Below are positions 53,090-62,817 of a stretch of 64,000 nt of DNA, piece after piece. The stretch's first letter is position 1. Every line of letters begins with the position of its first letter. The notes below the pieces were generated by a model that did no database searches, had not been told where the DNA came from, and saw only the letters and a list, made by a program, of their open reading frames with translations. The stretch spans positions 128,001-192,000 of the forward strand of contig CAWDYC010000005.1 of assembly GCA_963806535.1 (NCBI GenBank), in the 5' to 3' direction. This stretch comes from Candidatus Bathyarchaeota archaeon (lineage in GTDB: Archaea; Thermoproteota; Bathyarchaeia; Bathyarchaeales; Bathycorpusculaceae). The position numbers were made by a program, and so were the translations under genes.

Positions 53090-54520
53090 ATGAAGAAGCT
53101 TTTCTGCTCTTTGCTAATTATTGTCTTCTTAGCTGGCAGCACATTTTTCATGGGTAATGTTCATGCCTCTTCGTCTGTTGGTGGACTAATAACTTCCGAC
53201 ACTACTTGGGGAATAGCAAATAGCCCTTATCAACTAACAGGGTCCGTCGGCGTGTCAAGTGGCGTAACCTTAACGATTGAGCCTGGGGTAACTGTCGATT
53301 TTAAGGCTTACTACATACAGGTTAACGGAACACTGAGAGCTGAAGGTACAAACGATAAGAATATTGTTTTTACAACGGATTACCCGTTCGGTCAAACCGA
53401 AGGCTTCCAAATCCAATTTTTCCCAGGTAGCGCAAGTTGGAGCGAACAAACACAGACAGGTTGTATAATAGAAAACTGCTTTGTTCATAGCAGCTGCATT
53501 GTCATTACAGATTGTTCCCCAAAAATAAGTAAAAACGTTTTTTCCAACCAGACAGCACAAGCATTATGGGTAAATAGTGACCCTACATTAGTAGCTTCAC
53601 CATTAGTTGTTAATAACACTTTTAATTTAATGGGAAACGCCTGCATGCATGTAAGAGGCTCCTCAAACATTGTAAATAACAAGATTATTGGAACAGGTAA
53701 TGAATATGGAATCACTGCTTCAGATAACGCGTATGTGCGAAACAACCGGATAGAACATTGCTGTGTTGGGGCATCTCTCAGCCAACAAGTAATCCTTGAA
53801 GGGAACACCATATTGTACTGTAGTCTCCACGCAGTGGACAGTGGTGACTCATCTAAAATTTTACACAACTACATATCCGGTAACCAAATTGGAATAATTG
53901 GGAGCGGAATAATTCAGGACAACACAGTAATCAACAATAAAGAGGGTTTAGATGTCAATCCCCCAACGAGCGTTACCAACAACAACATTTACGGCAACTC
54001 CGAAAACAACGTAGTTCTGAGAAGCCCAGAAAATGTTGATTTAGCTAATAATTGGTGGGGAACCACGGACACCCATGCTATAACCACATCAATCCACGAT
54101 TCAAAATATGACTTCAGCCTGGGCACTGTTAACTTTGAGCCAATTCTAACAGATCCAAGCTCAACAGCGCCGTCAAGCCCTAATATTAATCTTGGTCCAC
54201 TTCCAACGCCTGCGCTAACATTCTCCACACAAGAACCCACTCCTGTAATTTCACCAAATTACACACCCGGTCAAGGTCTTCAAACTTCAAGTCCAAATTC
54301 ATTAGGTGCAGTCAGCGGCTCCTCATCACCTGACGATCCATTAGCCCATCTAAGCTTCACGGAAGCAATCGAAATAATGCTAATAATCGTGGGCATTGGT
54401 TGGGTAGTTGGGACCCTTGCTTATTTCAACAGAAGATCTCAAAAAAATGTTGTTAAGAGAGCGAAAAGACGTAAGCCTATAAAACAAGGGCCCGCTAAGT
54501 TAATTGAGGGTAATAAATGA
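53090..54520 (+). CDS. Surface protein with parallel beta-helix repeats and C-terminal TM anchor
   Basis: Signal peptide, SDTTW...SPY, LANNWWGTTD, TM plus basic tail. Confidence 0.8.
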   Translation: MKKLFCSLLIIVFLAGSTFFMGNVHASSSVGGLITSDTTWGIANSPYQLTGSVGVSSGVTLTIEPGVTVDFKAYYIQVNGTLRAEGTNDKNIVFTTDYPFGQTEGFQIQFFPGSASWSEQTQTGCIIENCFVHSSCIVITDCSPKISKNVFSNQTAQALWVNSDPTLVASPLVVNNTFNLMGNACMHVRGSSNIVNNKIIGTGNEYGITASDNAYVRNNRIEHCCVGASLSQQVILEGNTILYCSLHAVDSGDSSKILHNYISGNQIGIIGSGIIQDNTVINNKEGLDVNPPTSVTNNNIYGNSENNVVLRSPENVDLANNWWGTTDTHAITTSIHDSKYDFSLGTVNFEPILTDPSSTAPSSPNINLGPLPTPALTFSTQEPTPVISPNYTPGQGLQTSSPNSLGAVSGSSSPDDPLAHLSFTEAIEIMLIIVGIGWVVGTLAYFNRRSQKNVVKRAKRRKPIKQGPAKLIEGNK

Positions 54521-55927
54521 AAAAGCTACTATTTGCTGCTCTCTTTATCGTTGTGACCCTAATTGGGTTAGCTTTTATAACCAATATTCATGCTTCCAAG
54601 TTTGTTGGTGGATTAATAGTTTCGGACACAACGTGGAGCGCGGCTGATAGTCCTTATCAATTGACTGGTCCTGTCGGAGTGCCAAGCGGTGTAACCTTAA
54701 CAATTGAGCCTGGAGCAACTGTTGATTTTGGCAGTTACTATCTTTTAGTAAACGGCACACTTACAGCACAAGGCACAAGCAGCAATAATATTTGTATAAA
54801 AACAGATGACCCAATAAGCAATCCATACCAACAAATACAGTTTAATCCTTCAAGCACCGGTTGGAATGACCAAACAAATTCAGGCTGCATTATTGAATAT
54901 GTCCTTTTCAATCAAGTATCCATTATTGCCCAAGGATGTTCCCCAAAAATAGCAAACAATGTTTTCAATAATCCAATTTGGATGGCGGTTTTATCAAAAG
55001 GCGGCGGTTCACCTTCTATTACAGGTAATATCGTTCAAAATGCAGCCATAGAAGGCATATCCGTTGGCGGCTCCTCAACCGTTGCAAATAACTTCTTCAA
55101 TATAACCGGGGGTCAAGCAACCGCAATTGTAGCACACGAAAATGCTGTCGTTTTAAATAACAAAATTCTCAGCTTTTACAACGGAATCAATGCTGATGGA
55201 CAGGTAGCTATTAAAGGAAATGTAATAGATAACTGCAGCAATTATGGAATATCAGGTAACAGTGCTAAAGTTGACATTGAGAACAATTACCTAGTTAACA
55301 ATAACATTGGAATTATAGCTGGAGGCACTATAGAAAATAACGCTTTAGTTAATAGTGCAATAGGAATCCAAATTCAATCAACACCTCTTTCCGCAACTAT
55401 AACAAATAACAATATCCTTGGTAGCACTCAAAACAGTGTTGTTATTCTATGTAACACAAATATTGACTTATCGAATAATTGGTGGGGCACAACAGATACG
55501 CAAGCAATAAACCAAACGATACGGGACTTCAAATACGATTTCAACCTTGGTGTTGTTAATTTCCTTCCCATTCTTAATCAACCAAGCTCAACCGCACCAA
55601 TAAGCGCTGACATCGATCTGGAACAAATGCCGACCGCAATGCCAACGAGCCAATCTCAGCCCACTAATAGTTTACCAACCAATACCAATCAAGCGTCGCA
55701 ACCAACAGCTACTAGCCCGAATTCTCTTAGGTGCAGTTAGTGGTTCATCATCAGTTGATGACCCTTTAGCCCATTTAAACCTCATTGAAGTAGTTGAAAT
55801 AGTGCTTATCGCACTAGCCGTCGTTTGGGTAATTGGAATTCTGGTGTACGTTAATAGAAGGTCTCAAAAAAAGGCTGTCAAAAAAGCGAAAAAACGTAAA
55901 GCTACTAAAGCAAAAGCCATAAAGTAA
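54517..55927 (+). CDS. Paralogous beta-helix surface protein (frameshift near 55725)
   Basis: Same architecture. The shifted frame continues LGAVSGSSSVDDPLAHL...TM...KK to a stop at 55927. Confidence 0.78.
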
Positions 55928-56130
55928 TCGATTCTTAAAGGCAACGAGACCAAATAAGATCTAACTTCTAACAAAAAACCGCTTACTTTCCATAGACTTC
56001 ACGTAAAAAAGTCATGTCTTAAACATGGAAGAATATCTAAGGCTTTACTGAAGATTTATGTATTTGAGTAGGGCATTCAAATAAAATAAGCACGTAGGTG
56101 CTACCTAACTGTCAAAGTGAATTAATGTGA

Positions 56131-56688
56131 CTGAGACAGCATCAACAATCTCCATCAGGCAAAGAGCCGATAAAAGCTTCTGAGCTAGATCCAAAATTCA
56201 AGTACGAACTGCAGAAACAGCACGGAAGCGAAAAAATACTTAAGTGTTTTCAGTGCGGAACATGCACATCAGACTGTCCAGTTGCGAGATACAGTGACAG
56301 TTACCGTCCACGCACACTAATTCACATGGCACAGCTTGGTCTGAAAGACCGCGTTCTCAAAAGTGACACATTATGGTTATGCGCAGCCTGCTTCACTTGC
56401 ACCGATCGATGCCCTCAGGATGTTGAGGTGGCAGCGGTAATTAGAGTATTTCGAAATTTAGCAGCAGAAAGTGGTTGTGTACCTCAAGTCTTCAAAGATC
56501 AAACTGCAAGTCTGCTTGAATCAGGTTACGCTTTCAAGATTCCTGAGTTGAGAGTTAAAAAACGCGAATCCCAATGTTTGCCTCCTTTGCCAAAAGGCAA
56601 CCCTGAAAACGTACGAAAAGTACTCAAAGGCGTAAAATTCGTCGAAACCGTCCAGAAACCAGTAGGAGGGCAACCAGCTGGGAAATAA
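56131..56688 (+). CDS. hdrC: Heterodisulfide reductase subunit C
   Basis: KCFQCGTCTSDCP upstream of the track ORF, then WLCAACFTCTDRCP. Start is CTG 56131, or GTG 56127 with an indel. Confidence 0.85.
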   Translation: MRQHQQSPSGKEPIKASELDPKFKYELQKQHGSEKILKCFQCGTCTSDCPVARYSDSYRPRTLIHMAQLGLKDRVLKSDTLWLCAACFTCTDRCPQDVEVAAVIRVFRNLAAESGCVPQVFKDQTASLLESGYAFKIPELRVKKRESQCLPPLPKGNPENVRKVLKGVKFVETVQKPVGGQPAGK

Positions 56689-57572
56689 ATACCTGATTTT
56701 TCTTGGATGCGCAATTCCTTATCGTGTTTCTGCCTATGAGATTTCTGCTCGCAAAGTTCTCGCGAAGCTCGGTGTTGAATTGGTTGAGATGCCCGAATTC
56801 AATTGTTGTGGTTTACCTTTAGATCCAGTAAGTCATGAAATGATGCTTATCTTAGCGGCAAAAAACTTGGCGATGGCAGAGCAAACGGGCTTAAATATTC
56901 TGACACTTTGTCCTGGATGTGCCGGCACACTAAAAAAAGTCAATAAAATCCTTAAAGAGGATAAAGCACTAAAAGAGCAAATTAATGGTCACCTCAAAGA
57001 AGTAGGATTGGAGTTCAAAGGTACAATAGAAGCAAAACATCTTCTTCAATTGTTAAAGGAAGATGTTGGCGTAGAAAAAATAAAAGCCTCGGTCGTAAAA
57101 CCACTTACAATGCTTAAAGTTGCAGAACACAACGGTTGCCACATCTTAAGACCCAAAGAATACATCGGTTTTGACGATCCTGAAGATCCACAAACTCTAA
57201 AAATGCTCATCGAAGCTACTGGAGCAACTATGCCTGGATTACATTGACGAAACAGAATGTTGTGGAGCACCAAGCGTTGGAGTTAGTGACAAAATCGCCT
57301 TGCAACTCGCTCGAGATAAGTTAAGTCACGTAAAAATGGTTGAGGCTCAAGCGTTAATCACAATTTGTCCATTTTGCCATATAATGTATGATACAAACGA
57401 GTTACGCATAGAGAAAGTGTTTAATGAAACCTATGGCATCCCGATTCTGCATTACCCACAACTGCTCGGGTTAGCAATGGGCTTAACTCCAGAAGAATTA
57501 GCCTTCAATGAACTCCGAGTTAACGCATCAAAAATACTAAAACAAATAGCTGAAGAAGGAAACAAACAATGA
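56678..57572 (+). CDS. hdrB: Heterodisulfide reductase subunit B (probable CTG start; frameshift near 57230)
   Basis: YLIFLGC, NCCG, CPGC, HNGCH, CCG, CPFC and YPQLLGLA CCG-domain motifs. Confidence 0.88.
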
Positions 57573-58558
57573 GCAAAAACAAACTAAAAATAGCGTTTTA
57601 CTGGGCTGCAAGCTGCGGCGGCTGCGAAATAGCAGTCCTAGACTTAAACGAAAAAATCCTTGACGTAGTACAATTAGCCGACATTGTTTTTTGGCCAGTG
57701 GCTATTGACATCAAATACAAAGATGTAGAAGCAATGCCTGAAAAATCAATTGACATAACATTCTTTAACGGTTCAATACGCAACTCAGAACAAGAACATA
57801 TGGCTAAGGTTTTGAGGGAAAAATCGAAAACACTTGTTGCATTCGGCTCATGCGCTCACCAAGGAAGTGTGCCTGGACTAGCAAACTTAAATAACAAAAA
57901 AGAAATTTTCGATCAAGTTTACATAAAAGACAAATCAAATATTAACCCGCAAGCAACTACTCCTAAAACTCAAACTCAAGTCAAAGAAGGCACACTCAAA
58001 ATCCCTGAATTCTACGACACAGTAAAAACCCTTGCTCAAACAGTCGATGTAGATTATTACTTGCCAGGTTGCCCACCACCAGTTAAACTAATCGCTGCCG
58101 CAATAGATGCAATAGCCAGCAACAAACTGCCGCCAAAAGGCTCAGTGCTTGCACCGCTCAAAGCAGTATGCGATGAATGCCCAAGAAAACGTGATAACAA
58201 AAAAATCGGCAAAATTTTCAGAGTTTACGATAAAGCTCCTGAACCAGAAAAATGTTTGCTTGAACAAGGTATCCTCTGTTTAGGACTTGCAACTAGAAGC
58301 GGATGCGGTGCTCAATGCTTAAAAGTTGATATGCCATGCACAGGCTGCGGTGGACCAGCTCCAAACGTTCCAGATCAAGGAGCAGCAATGATCAGCGCTT
58401 TAGCGTCGATACTTGGGTACGAAGGCGAGCCGGGTAAGGTAAAGTACACCGAGAAAGAAATTGAAGATTTGCTCAGTCAAGTTAAAGATCCAGTTGGAAC
58501 ATTCTATATGTATAGTTTACCAGCCTCAATTTTAAAAAGAAAAGTGATTAAAAAATGA
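57569..58558 (+). CDS. mvhG: F420-non-reducing (group 3c) hydrogenase small subunit
   Basis: WAASCGGCE, FGSCA, LPGCPP, VCDEC, CLLEQG..CLG...RSGC and PCTGC motifs. Confidence 0.88.
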   Translation: MSKNKLKIAFYWAASCGGCEIAVLDLNEKILDVVQLADIVFWPVAIDIKYKDVEAMPEKSIDITFFNGSIRNSEQEHMAKVLREKSKTLVAFGSCAHQGSVPGLANLNNKKEIFDQVYIKDKSNINPQATTPKTQTQVKEGTLKIPEFYDTVKTLAQTVDVDYYLPGCPPPVKLIAAAIDAIASNKLPPKGSVLAPLKAVCDECPRKRDNKKIGKIFRVYDKAPEPEKCLLEQGILCLGLATRSGCGAQCLKVDMPCTGCGGPAPNVPDQGAAMISALASILGYEGEPGKVKYTEKEIEDLLSQVKDPVGTFYMYSLPASILKRKVIKK

Positions 58559-60009
58559 AAGAAATAATTATAGATCCAATTACCCGACTTGAAGGACATG
58601 GCAACGTATCCATATTCCTAAACGACAACGGCGAAGTAGAAAACGCATATCTCAAGATTCCAGAGCTTAGAGGCTTCGAAAAATTCTGCATCGGCAGACG
58701 AGCCGAACTCATGCCTCAACTAACCACAAGAATCTGCGGTGTCTGCCCAGTTGCCCACCATTTTGCAGCAACAAAAGCCTTAGACGCGGCATTCAACGTT
58801 GAACCACCCTCAGCAGCAAAGAAACTACGCGAGCTCATGTACAGCGCATATTTCATTTACGATCATACATTGCATTTCTATTATCTTGGCGGACCAGACT
58901 TCGTAGTTGGACCAGATGCACCTCCAGAAAAACGCAACATCCTAGGTGTCATCGAGAAAGTAGGTATGCCTGTTGCAAAAGAAGTAATAAAACACAGAGC
59001 TTACGGCCAAAAAATGACTGAAATAATCGGGGGAAAAGCAACCCATCCAGTCTGCGGATTACCAGGCGGAATCTCCAAATCATTAACTGAAGAAAATAGA
59101 CAAGAAATCGAAAACATGGCTTCTTCATGCGTAGACTTTGCACAGTTCACACTGAAACTTTTCCATGACATTGTTTTAGGCAACACCAAATACCTTGAAA
59201 TGATCAAGAGCCAAGCATACACTATGCCCACCTACTACATGGGAACAGTTGACCAAAACAACAAAGTCAACTTTTACGACGGCAAAATCCGCGTCGTTGA
59301 CCCATCAGGCAAAGAATTCCTCAAATTCGAATCAAAAGATTACCTAAAACACATCGGCGAACACGTTGAAGAATGGACATACAGTAAATTCCCATACCTA
59401 AAAGCAATCGGTTGGAAAGGACAAGTTCCAGGTAAAGACAGTGGCATCTACCGTGTTGGCCCACTGGCAAGGCTAAACGCTTCAGATGGTATGGCAACAC
59501 CGCTTGCACAGGCAGAATACGAAGTTATGTACAAGACGCTTGGCGGCAAACCAGTCCACAGCACCTTGGCTTTCCACTGGGCACGGCTAATCGAACTTCT
59601 ATATGCGACTGAACGAACAATGGAACTAGTCAAAGATCCAGAAATCACCAGCACAAACGTTCGAAACACACCAGGAGAACCAACTGAAGGCGTCGGTATC
59701 ACCGAAGCAGCACGCGGCACGCTAATCCACCACTACACATTAGACAAAGATGCACTTGTCAAAGACGTAAACCTAATCGTAGCAACAACAAACAATTACC
59801 CAGCAATCTGTATGAGCATACGTGACGCAGCAAAAGGATTAATCCACAACGGCAAAGTTGACCAAGGCATACTAAACATGGTTGAAATGGCTTTCCGAGC
59901 TTACGACCCATGCTTCGGATGCGCAACGCATGCCGCAATCGGACAAATGCCACTTACTGTAGAAGTCTTCAACGCCCAAAAACAATTAGTCAGCACCGTT
60001 AGTCGTTAG
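58555..60009 (+). CDS. mvhA: F420-non-reducing (group 3c) hydrogenase large subunit
   Basis: TRLEGHG, ELRGFEKF, RICGVCPVAH and RAYDPCFGCATH motifs. Confidence 0.9.
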   Translation: MKEIIIDPITRLEGHGNVSIFLNDNGEVENAYLKIPELRGFEKFCIGRRAELMPQLTTRICGVCPVAHHFAATKALDAAFNVEPPSAAKKLRELMYSAYFIYDHTLHFYYLGGPDFVVGPDAPPEKRNILGVIEKVGMPVAKEVIKHRAYGQKMTEIIGGKATHPVCGLPGGISKSLTEENRQEIENMASSCVDFAQFTLKLFHDIVLGNTKYLEMIKSQAYTMPTYYMGTVDQNNKVNFYDGKIRVVDPSGKEFLKFESKDYLKHIGEHVEEWTYSKFPYLKAIGWKGQVPGKDSGIYRVGPLARLNASDGMATPLAQAEYEVMYKTLGGKPVHSTLAFHWARLIELLYATERTMELVKDPEITSTNVRNTPGEPTEGVGITEAARGTLIHHYTLDKDALVKDVNLIVATTNNYPAICMSIRDAAKGLIHNGKVDQGILNMVEMAFRAYDPCFGCATHAAIGQMPLTVEVFNAQKQLVSTVSR

Positions 60010-60115
60010 TTAGCCCATTTTTTCTAAGGGCAATTTTTCATTTTTCTAATTCTGACTTAGTTTTTCGTCACAGCAAGTTTTATATTCAATTTCCTTTGAC
60101 TACAGCTCTGCTGAT

Positions 60116-60598
60116 GTGTTTAATTTGAAGAGTCTTGTTGTTTATTATTCCCGAACTGGTAACGCACGTTTTGTTGCTGAAACCATTGCAGCAGAAGTTG
60201 GTGCGGACGTTGAAGAAATCATCGATCAAAAAAAGCGAAGCGGCCCACTTGGCTTTCTTGCTGGCGGTTCTGACGCTAGAAGAGGCAAAGAAACTGTAAT
60301 TTCACCAACCACAAAATCACCCGCTGAATACGATCTGATCATCGTTGGAACACCTGTTTGGGCTAGTAGACCAAGTCCTGCTATTGTCACTTACCTCAAG
60401 AGGAACGATCTTTCAGGAAAGAAAGTGGCCTTTTTCTTTACTCGTGGAGGCAAAAAACCAACAGCTTTTGGCGAGACTAAAGCTTTAATTCCAAATTCTG
60501 ACTTCGTTGGCCAACTATCACTGATTACCCCTTTAGCTACAAAGAATGAATCTGAAAAGCAAATTACAGATTGGTGTAAAACACTAACTACGAACTAG
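60116..60598 (+). CDS. Flavodoxin family protein
   Basis: VVYYSRTGN and YDLIIVGTPVW motifs. Confidence 0.85.
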   Translation: MFNLKSLVVYYSRTGNARFVAETIAAEVGADVEEIIDQKKRSGPLGFLAGGSDARRGKETVISPTTKSPAEYDLIIVGTPVWASRPSPAIVTYLKRNDLSGKKVAFFFTRGGKKPTAFGETKALIPNSDFVGQLSLITPLATKNESEKQITDWCKTLTTN

Positions 60599-60698
60599 CA
60601 AACGGACATATTATTTACTTTTTGAAAACCCTAACATTTTAGGGTAAACCCTTATGTGAGTACAACGCTCTTTCTACTCCTGTACGTTTGGATGTTTT

Positions 60699-61058
60699 AT
60701 GCAACCGCAACCACCGAATCCCGAACATAAAAGAATGAAACGTGAGAAAAAAACCATAGGATACATGGTAGAAATCTACTGCAAAGGACACCACGAAACG
60801 CACGGCGAGCTATGCCCCGAATGCACAGAATTCAAAACATATGCGTTTATGCGACTTGACAAATGTCCTTTTCAAGACAAAAAAAGCACTTGTGGCAAAT
60901 GCACAATTCACTGTTATCGCCCAGACATGAAAGAAAAAGTAAAGAAAGTTATGCGTTATTCAGGTCCACGGATGCTTCTGCATCATCCAGGCTTAGGGTT
61001 GCATCATGCTTGGGATAGCCATCGAAAGCCTCCGCATTTAGCTAAGAAAGCAAACTAA
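60699..61058 (+). CDS. YgbA / nitrous-oxide-stimulated-promoter family Cys-rich protein
   Basis: REKKTI..M..IYC, CPEC, RLDKCP, C..C.IHCY and VMRYSGPRM motifs. Confidence 0.85.
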   Translation: MQPQPPNPEHKRMKREKKTIGYMVEIYCKGHHETHGELCPECTEFKTYAFMRLDKCPFQDKKSTCGKCTIHCYRPDMKEKVKKVMRYSGPRMLLHHPGLGLHHAWDSHRKPPHLAKKAN

Positions 61059-61129
61059 TGCTGCATCCTTCAGTATTGCATGGGAAACTTTTTCTAACTT
61101 TAACGATAATAATGTAAATTGAAGTTTCC

Positions 61130-61615
61130 ATGGTCGATCAACTTGAAAATGACCTGAAAAACTGGTTAATTTGCGCAAAAAAGGTTGTCTTAGCAGGTAT
61201 AGGCAACCCTATTCGTACAGATGATTTCATAGGGTTAAAGGTTATTCAGAGCCTGCAGGGTAAGCTGCAAAAAACTGTTCTTCTACTCGAAGCGGAAACA
61301 GTCCCAGAAAGCTACCTTTTGGACATAGAAGAGTTTAAGCCCACGCATGTACTGCTGATAGATGCTGCCTTTCTTGGCAAACACCCTGGAGCCGCCAGCC
61401 TTGTCGATGCTGAAAAAATAGTTGATTACTCTTCCATCACGACTCATCTGTTGCCTCTGCGCATTTTTTGCGAATATGTTAAGCATGCGACTGGAGCAAA
61501 AATTGCTTTACTTTTAGTTGAGCCAAAAAATATGGAGTTCGGTGAAGGCTTGACAATGGAAGTTCAAGCGGCTTCTGAACGGCTAGCAAAAATATTATTT
61601 GAATTGCTTGGTTAA
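61130..61615 (+). CDS. hycI: Hydrogenase maturation endopeptidase (HycI-type)
   Basis: GIGNPIRTDD, ETVPE, IDAA and TTHLLPL motifs. Confidence 0.85.
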   Translation: MVDQLENDLKNWLICAKKVVLAGIGNPIRTDDFIGLKVIQSLQGKLQKTVLLLEAETVPESYLLDIEEFKPTHVLLIDAAFLGKHPGAASLVDAEKIVDYSSITTHLLPLRIFCEYVKHATGAKIALLLVEPKNMEFGEGLTMEVQAASERLAKILFELLG

Positions 61616-62097
61616 CTTTCTTTTCTTTTGAAAACATAGTTTATTGTAAGAGTTACTTTACCTAAGTTGGTGTGTAATTCTTTTAATTCAATTTGGTCTT
61701 TGCCTACCCATTTTGCCGTTATGTTTTCTTCTAGCTCTTGATCTTCAAATGTTCCTCTCCAGTGTAGCTCAAGGATTGCGTTATCTTTCCAGTTTCCTAC
61801 ATGGTCGTGTACATCGCCTTCTGAGGTTACGCTAAAGAGGTGAACTTTGCCAGTGGAGCAATCAAAACTCCACAAGTCATTTTCATAGTAATCATCGTAG
61901 CCTTCGATATGAGCGTCTATTTCAGAGTTTACGCCTACATCCCTGATTTCTACCGCAGTCATTTCACCGCAACCGGAAACAATTTTTTCTTCGCCAGCTT
62001 TCATAGCTATTCCTACAGCCCATTCTCCAATTAGTTGCTTGAGTAATTCTAACTCTTTACTCCGTTGAATGCTATGTGTCATAAAATCAACAATCAC
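61612..62097 (-). CDS. Hypothetical beta-barrel protein (DUF1579-like)
   Basis: LKQLIGEW motif followed by a beta-rich sequence. Confidence 0.55.
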   Translation of the reverse strand: MIVDFMTHSIQRSKELELLKQLIGEWAVGIAMKAGEEKIVSGCGEMTAVEIRDVGVNSEIDAHIEGYDDYYENDLWSFDCSTGKVHLFSVTSEGDVHDHVGNWKDNAILELHWRGTFEDQELEENITAKWVGKDQIELKELHTNLGKVTLTINYVFKRKES

Positions 62098-62194
62098 AAA
62101 AAGTCGAAATTATATTATAAAGAAATGTGATTGATGTGTTGCAACAACTATGTACAAGTTATGTTAATTAGCCAGTTTTTAATTAGGCTTAACT

Positions 62195-62686
62195 GTGAAA
62201 AATGTTATGACTGGAAAAGCAGTTATTGTTATGGGTTCAGAGCGGGACTTAGACTTTTCTCGAGGTATAGCAAAGTACCTTAAGATTTTAGGGGTAGCTT
62301 ACGAATTTCGAGTAGCTTCAGCACATAAAAGTCCGGAGAAAGTTCTTGAAATAACAAAAGAATTCCAAAATGAAAAAATAGTCTTCATAACTGTTGCCGG
62401 ACGCTCAAATGCGCTTAGCGCTTTTGTTGACGCAAACTCATCTAAACCAGTTATCGCATGTCCACCTTACTCTGAAACTTACAGTGGAGTTGATATCTTC
62501 TCTTCTCTTCGAGTCCCTAGTGGTATAGGTTCGGTTGTAACTATCGAGCCAGAAGGAGCAGCCATAGCTACCGCAAAGATTTTTGCCTTAGAAGATACTG
62601 TTGTCGCAGAAACAATCAAGGGTTACCAAGCGTCAAAGAAGAAAGAGCTTGAAAAAGCAAATGAATCAGTAAAAAAACTGAAGTAA
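62195..62686 (+). CDS. purE: AIR carboxylase / N5-CAIR mutase
   Basis: MGSERD, VASAHK, AGRSNAL and PVIACP motifs. Confidence 0.9.
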   Translation: MKNVMTGKAVIVMGSERDLDFSRGIAKYLKILGVAYEFRVASAHKSPEKVLEITKEFQNEKIVFITVAGRSNALSAFVDANSSKPVIACPPYSETYSGVDIFSSLRVPSGIGSVVTIEPEGAAIATAKIFALEDTVVAETIKGYQASKKKELEKANESVKKLK

Positions 62687-62817
62687 ACCCAACTCCTCAC
62701 TTCTTTTTTATTTTGAAATTCTATTAAAAATAAGAAAACATGGATGACCCCAAGACTAAAGCGATATAAACTATAACAGAATAATCTGCTAGAACCAAAA
62801 TAGCTGAGGGAATAGTC

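Noticed and set aside
10598-57572. Numerous frameshifts (treZ, GH57, treY, livM/H/K, iorA/B, ACD-GNAT, hoxF/Y/H, hdrB, surface genes) as programmed frameshifting or mass pseudogenisation
   Set aside because: They are scattered single-base indels in otherwise intact, unrelated genes with catalytic motifs preserved and no shared slippery motif. Uncorrected long-read assembly error is the simplest explanation; read polishing would decide.
51568-60009. Selenocysteine or stop-codon recoding in hydrogenase/Hdr genes
   Set aside because: The Ni-ligand motifs use Cys (DPCLSC, DPCFGC), and the interruptions are frame changes rather than in-frame TGA/TAG at conserved residues.
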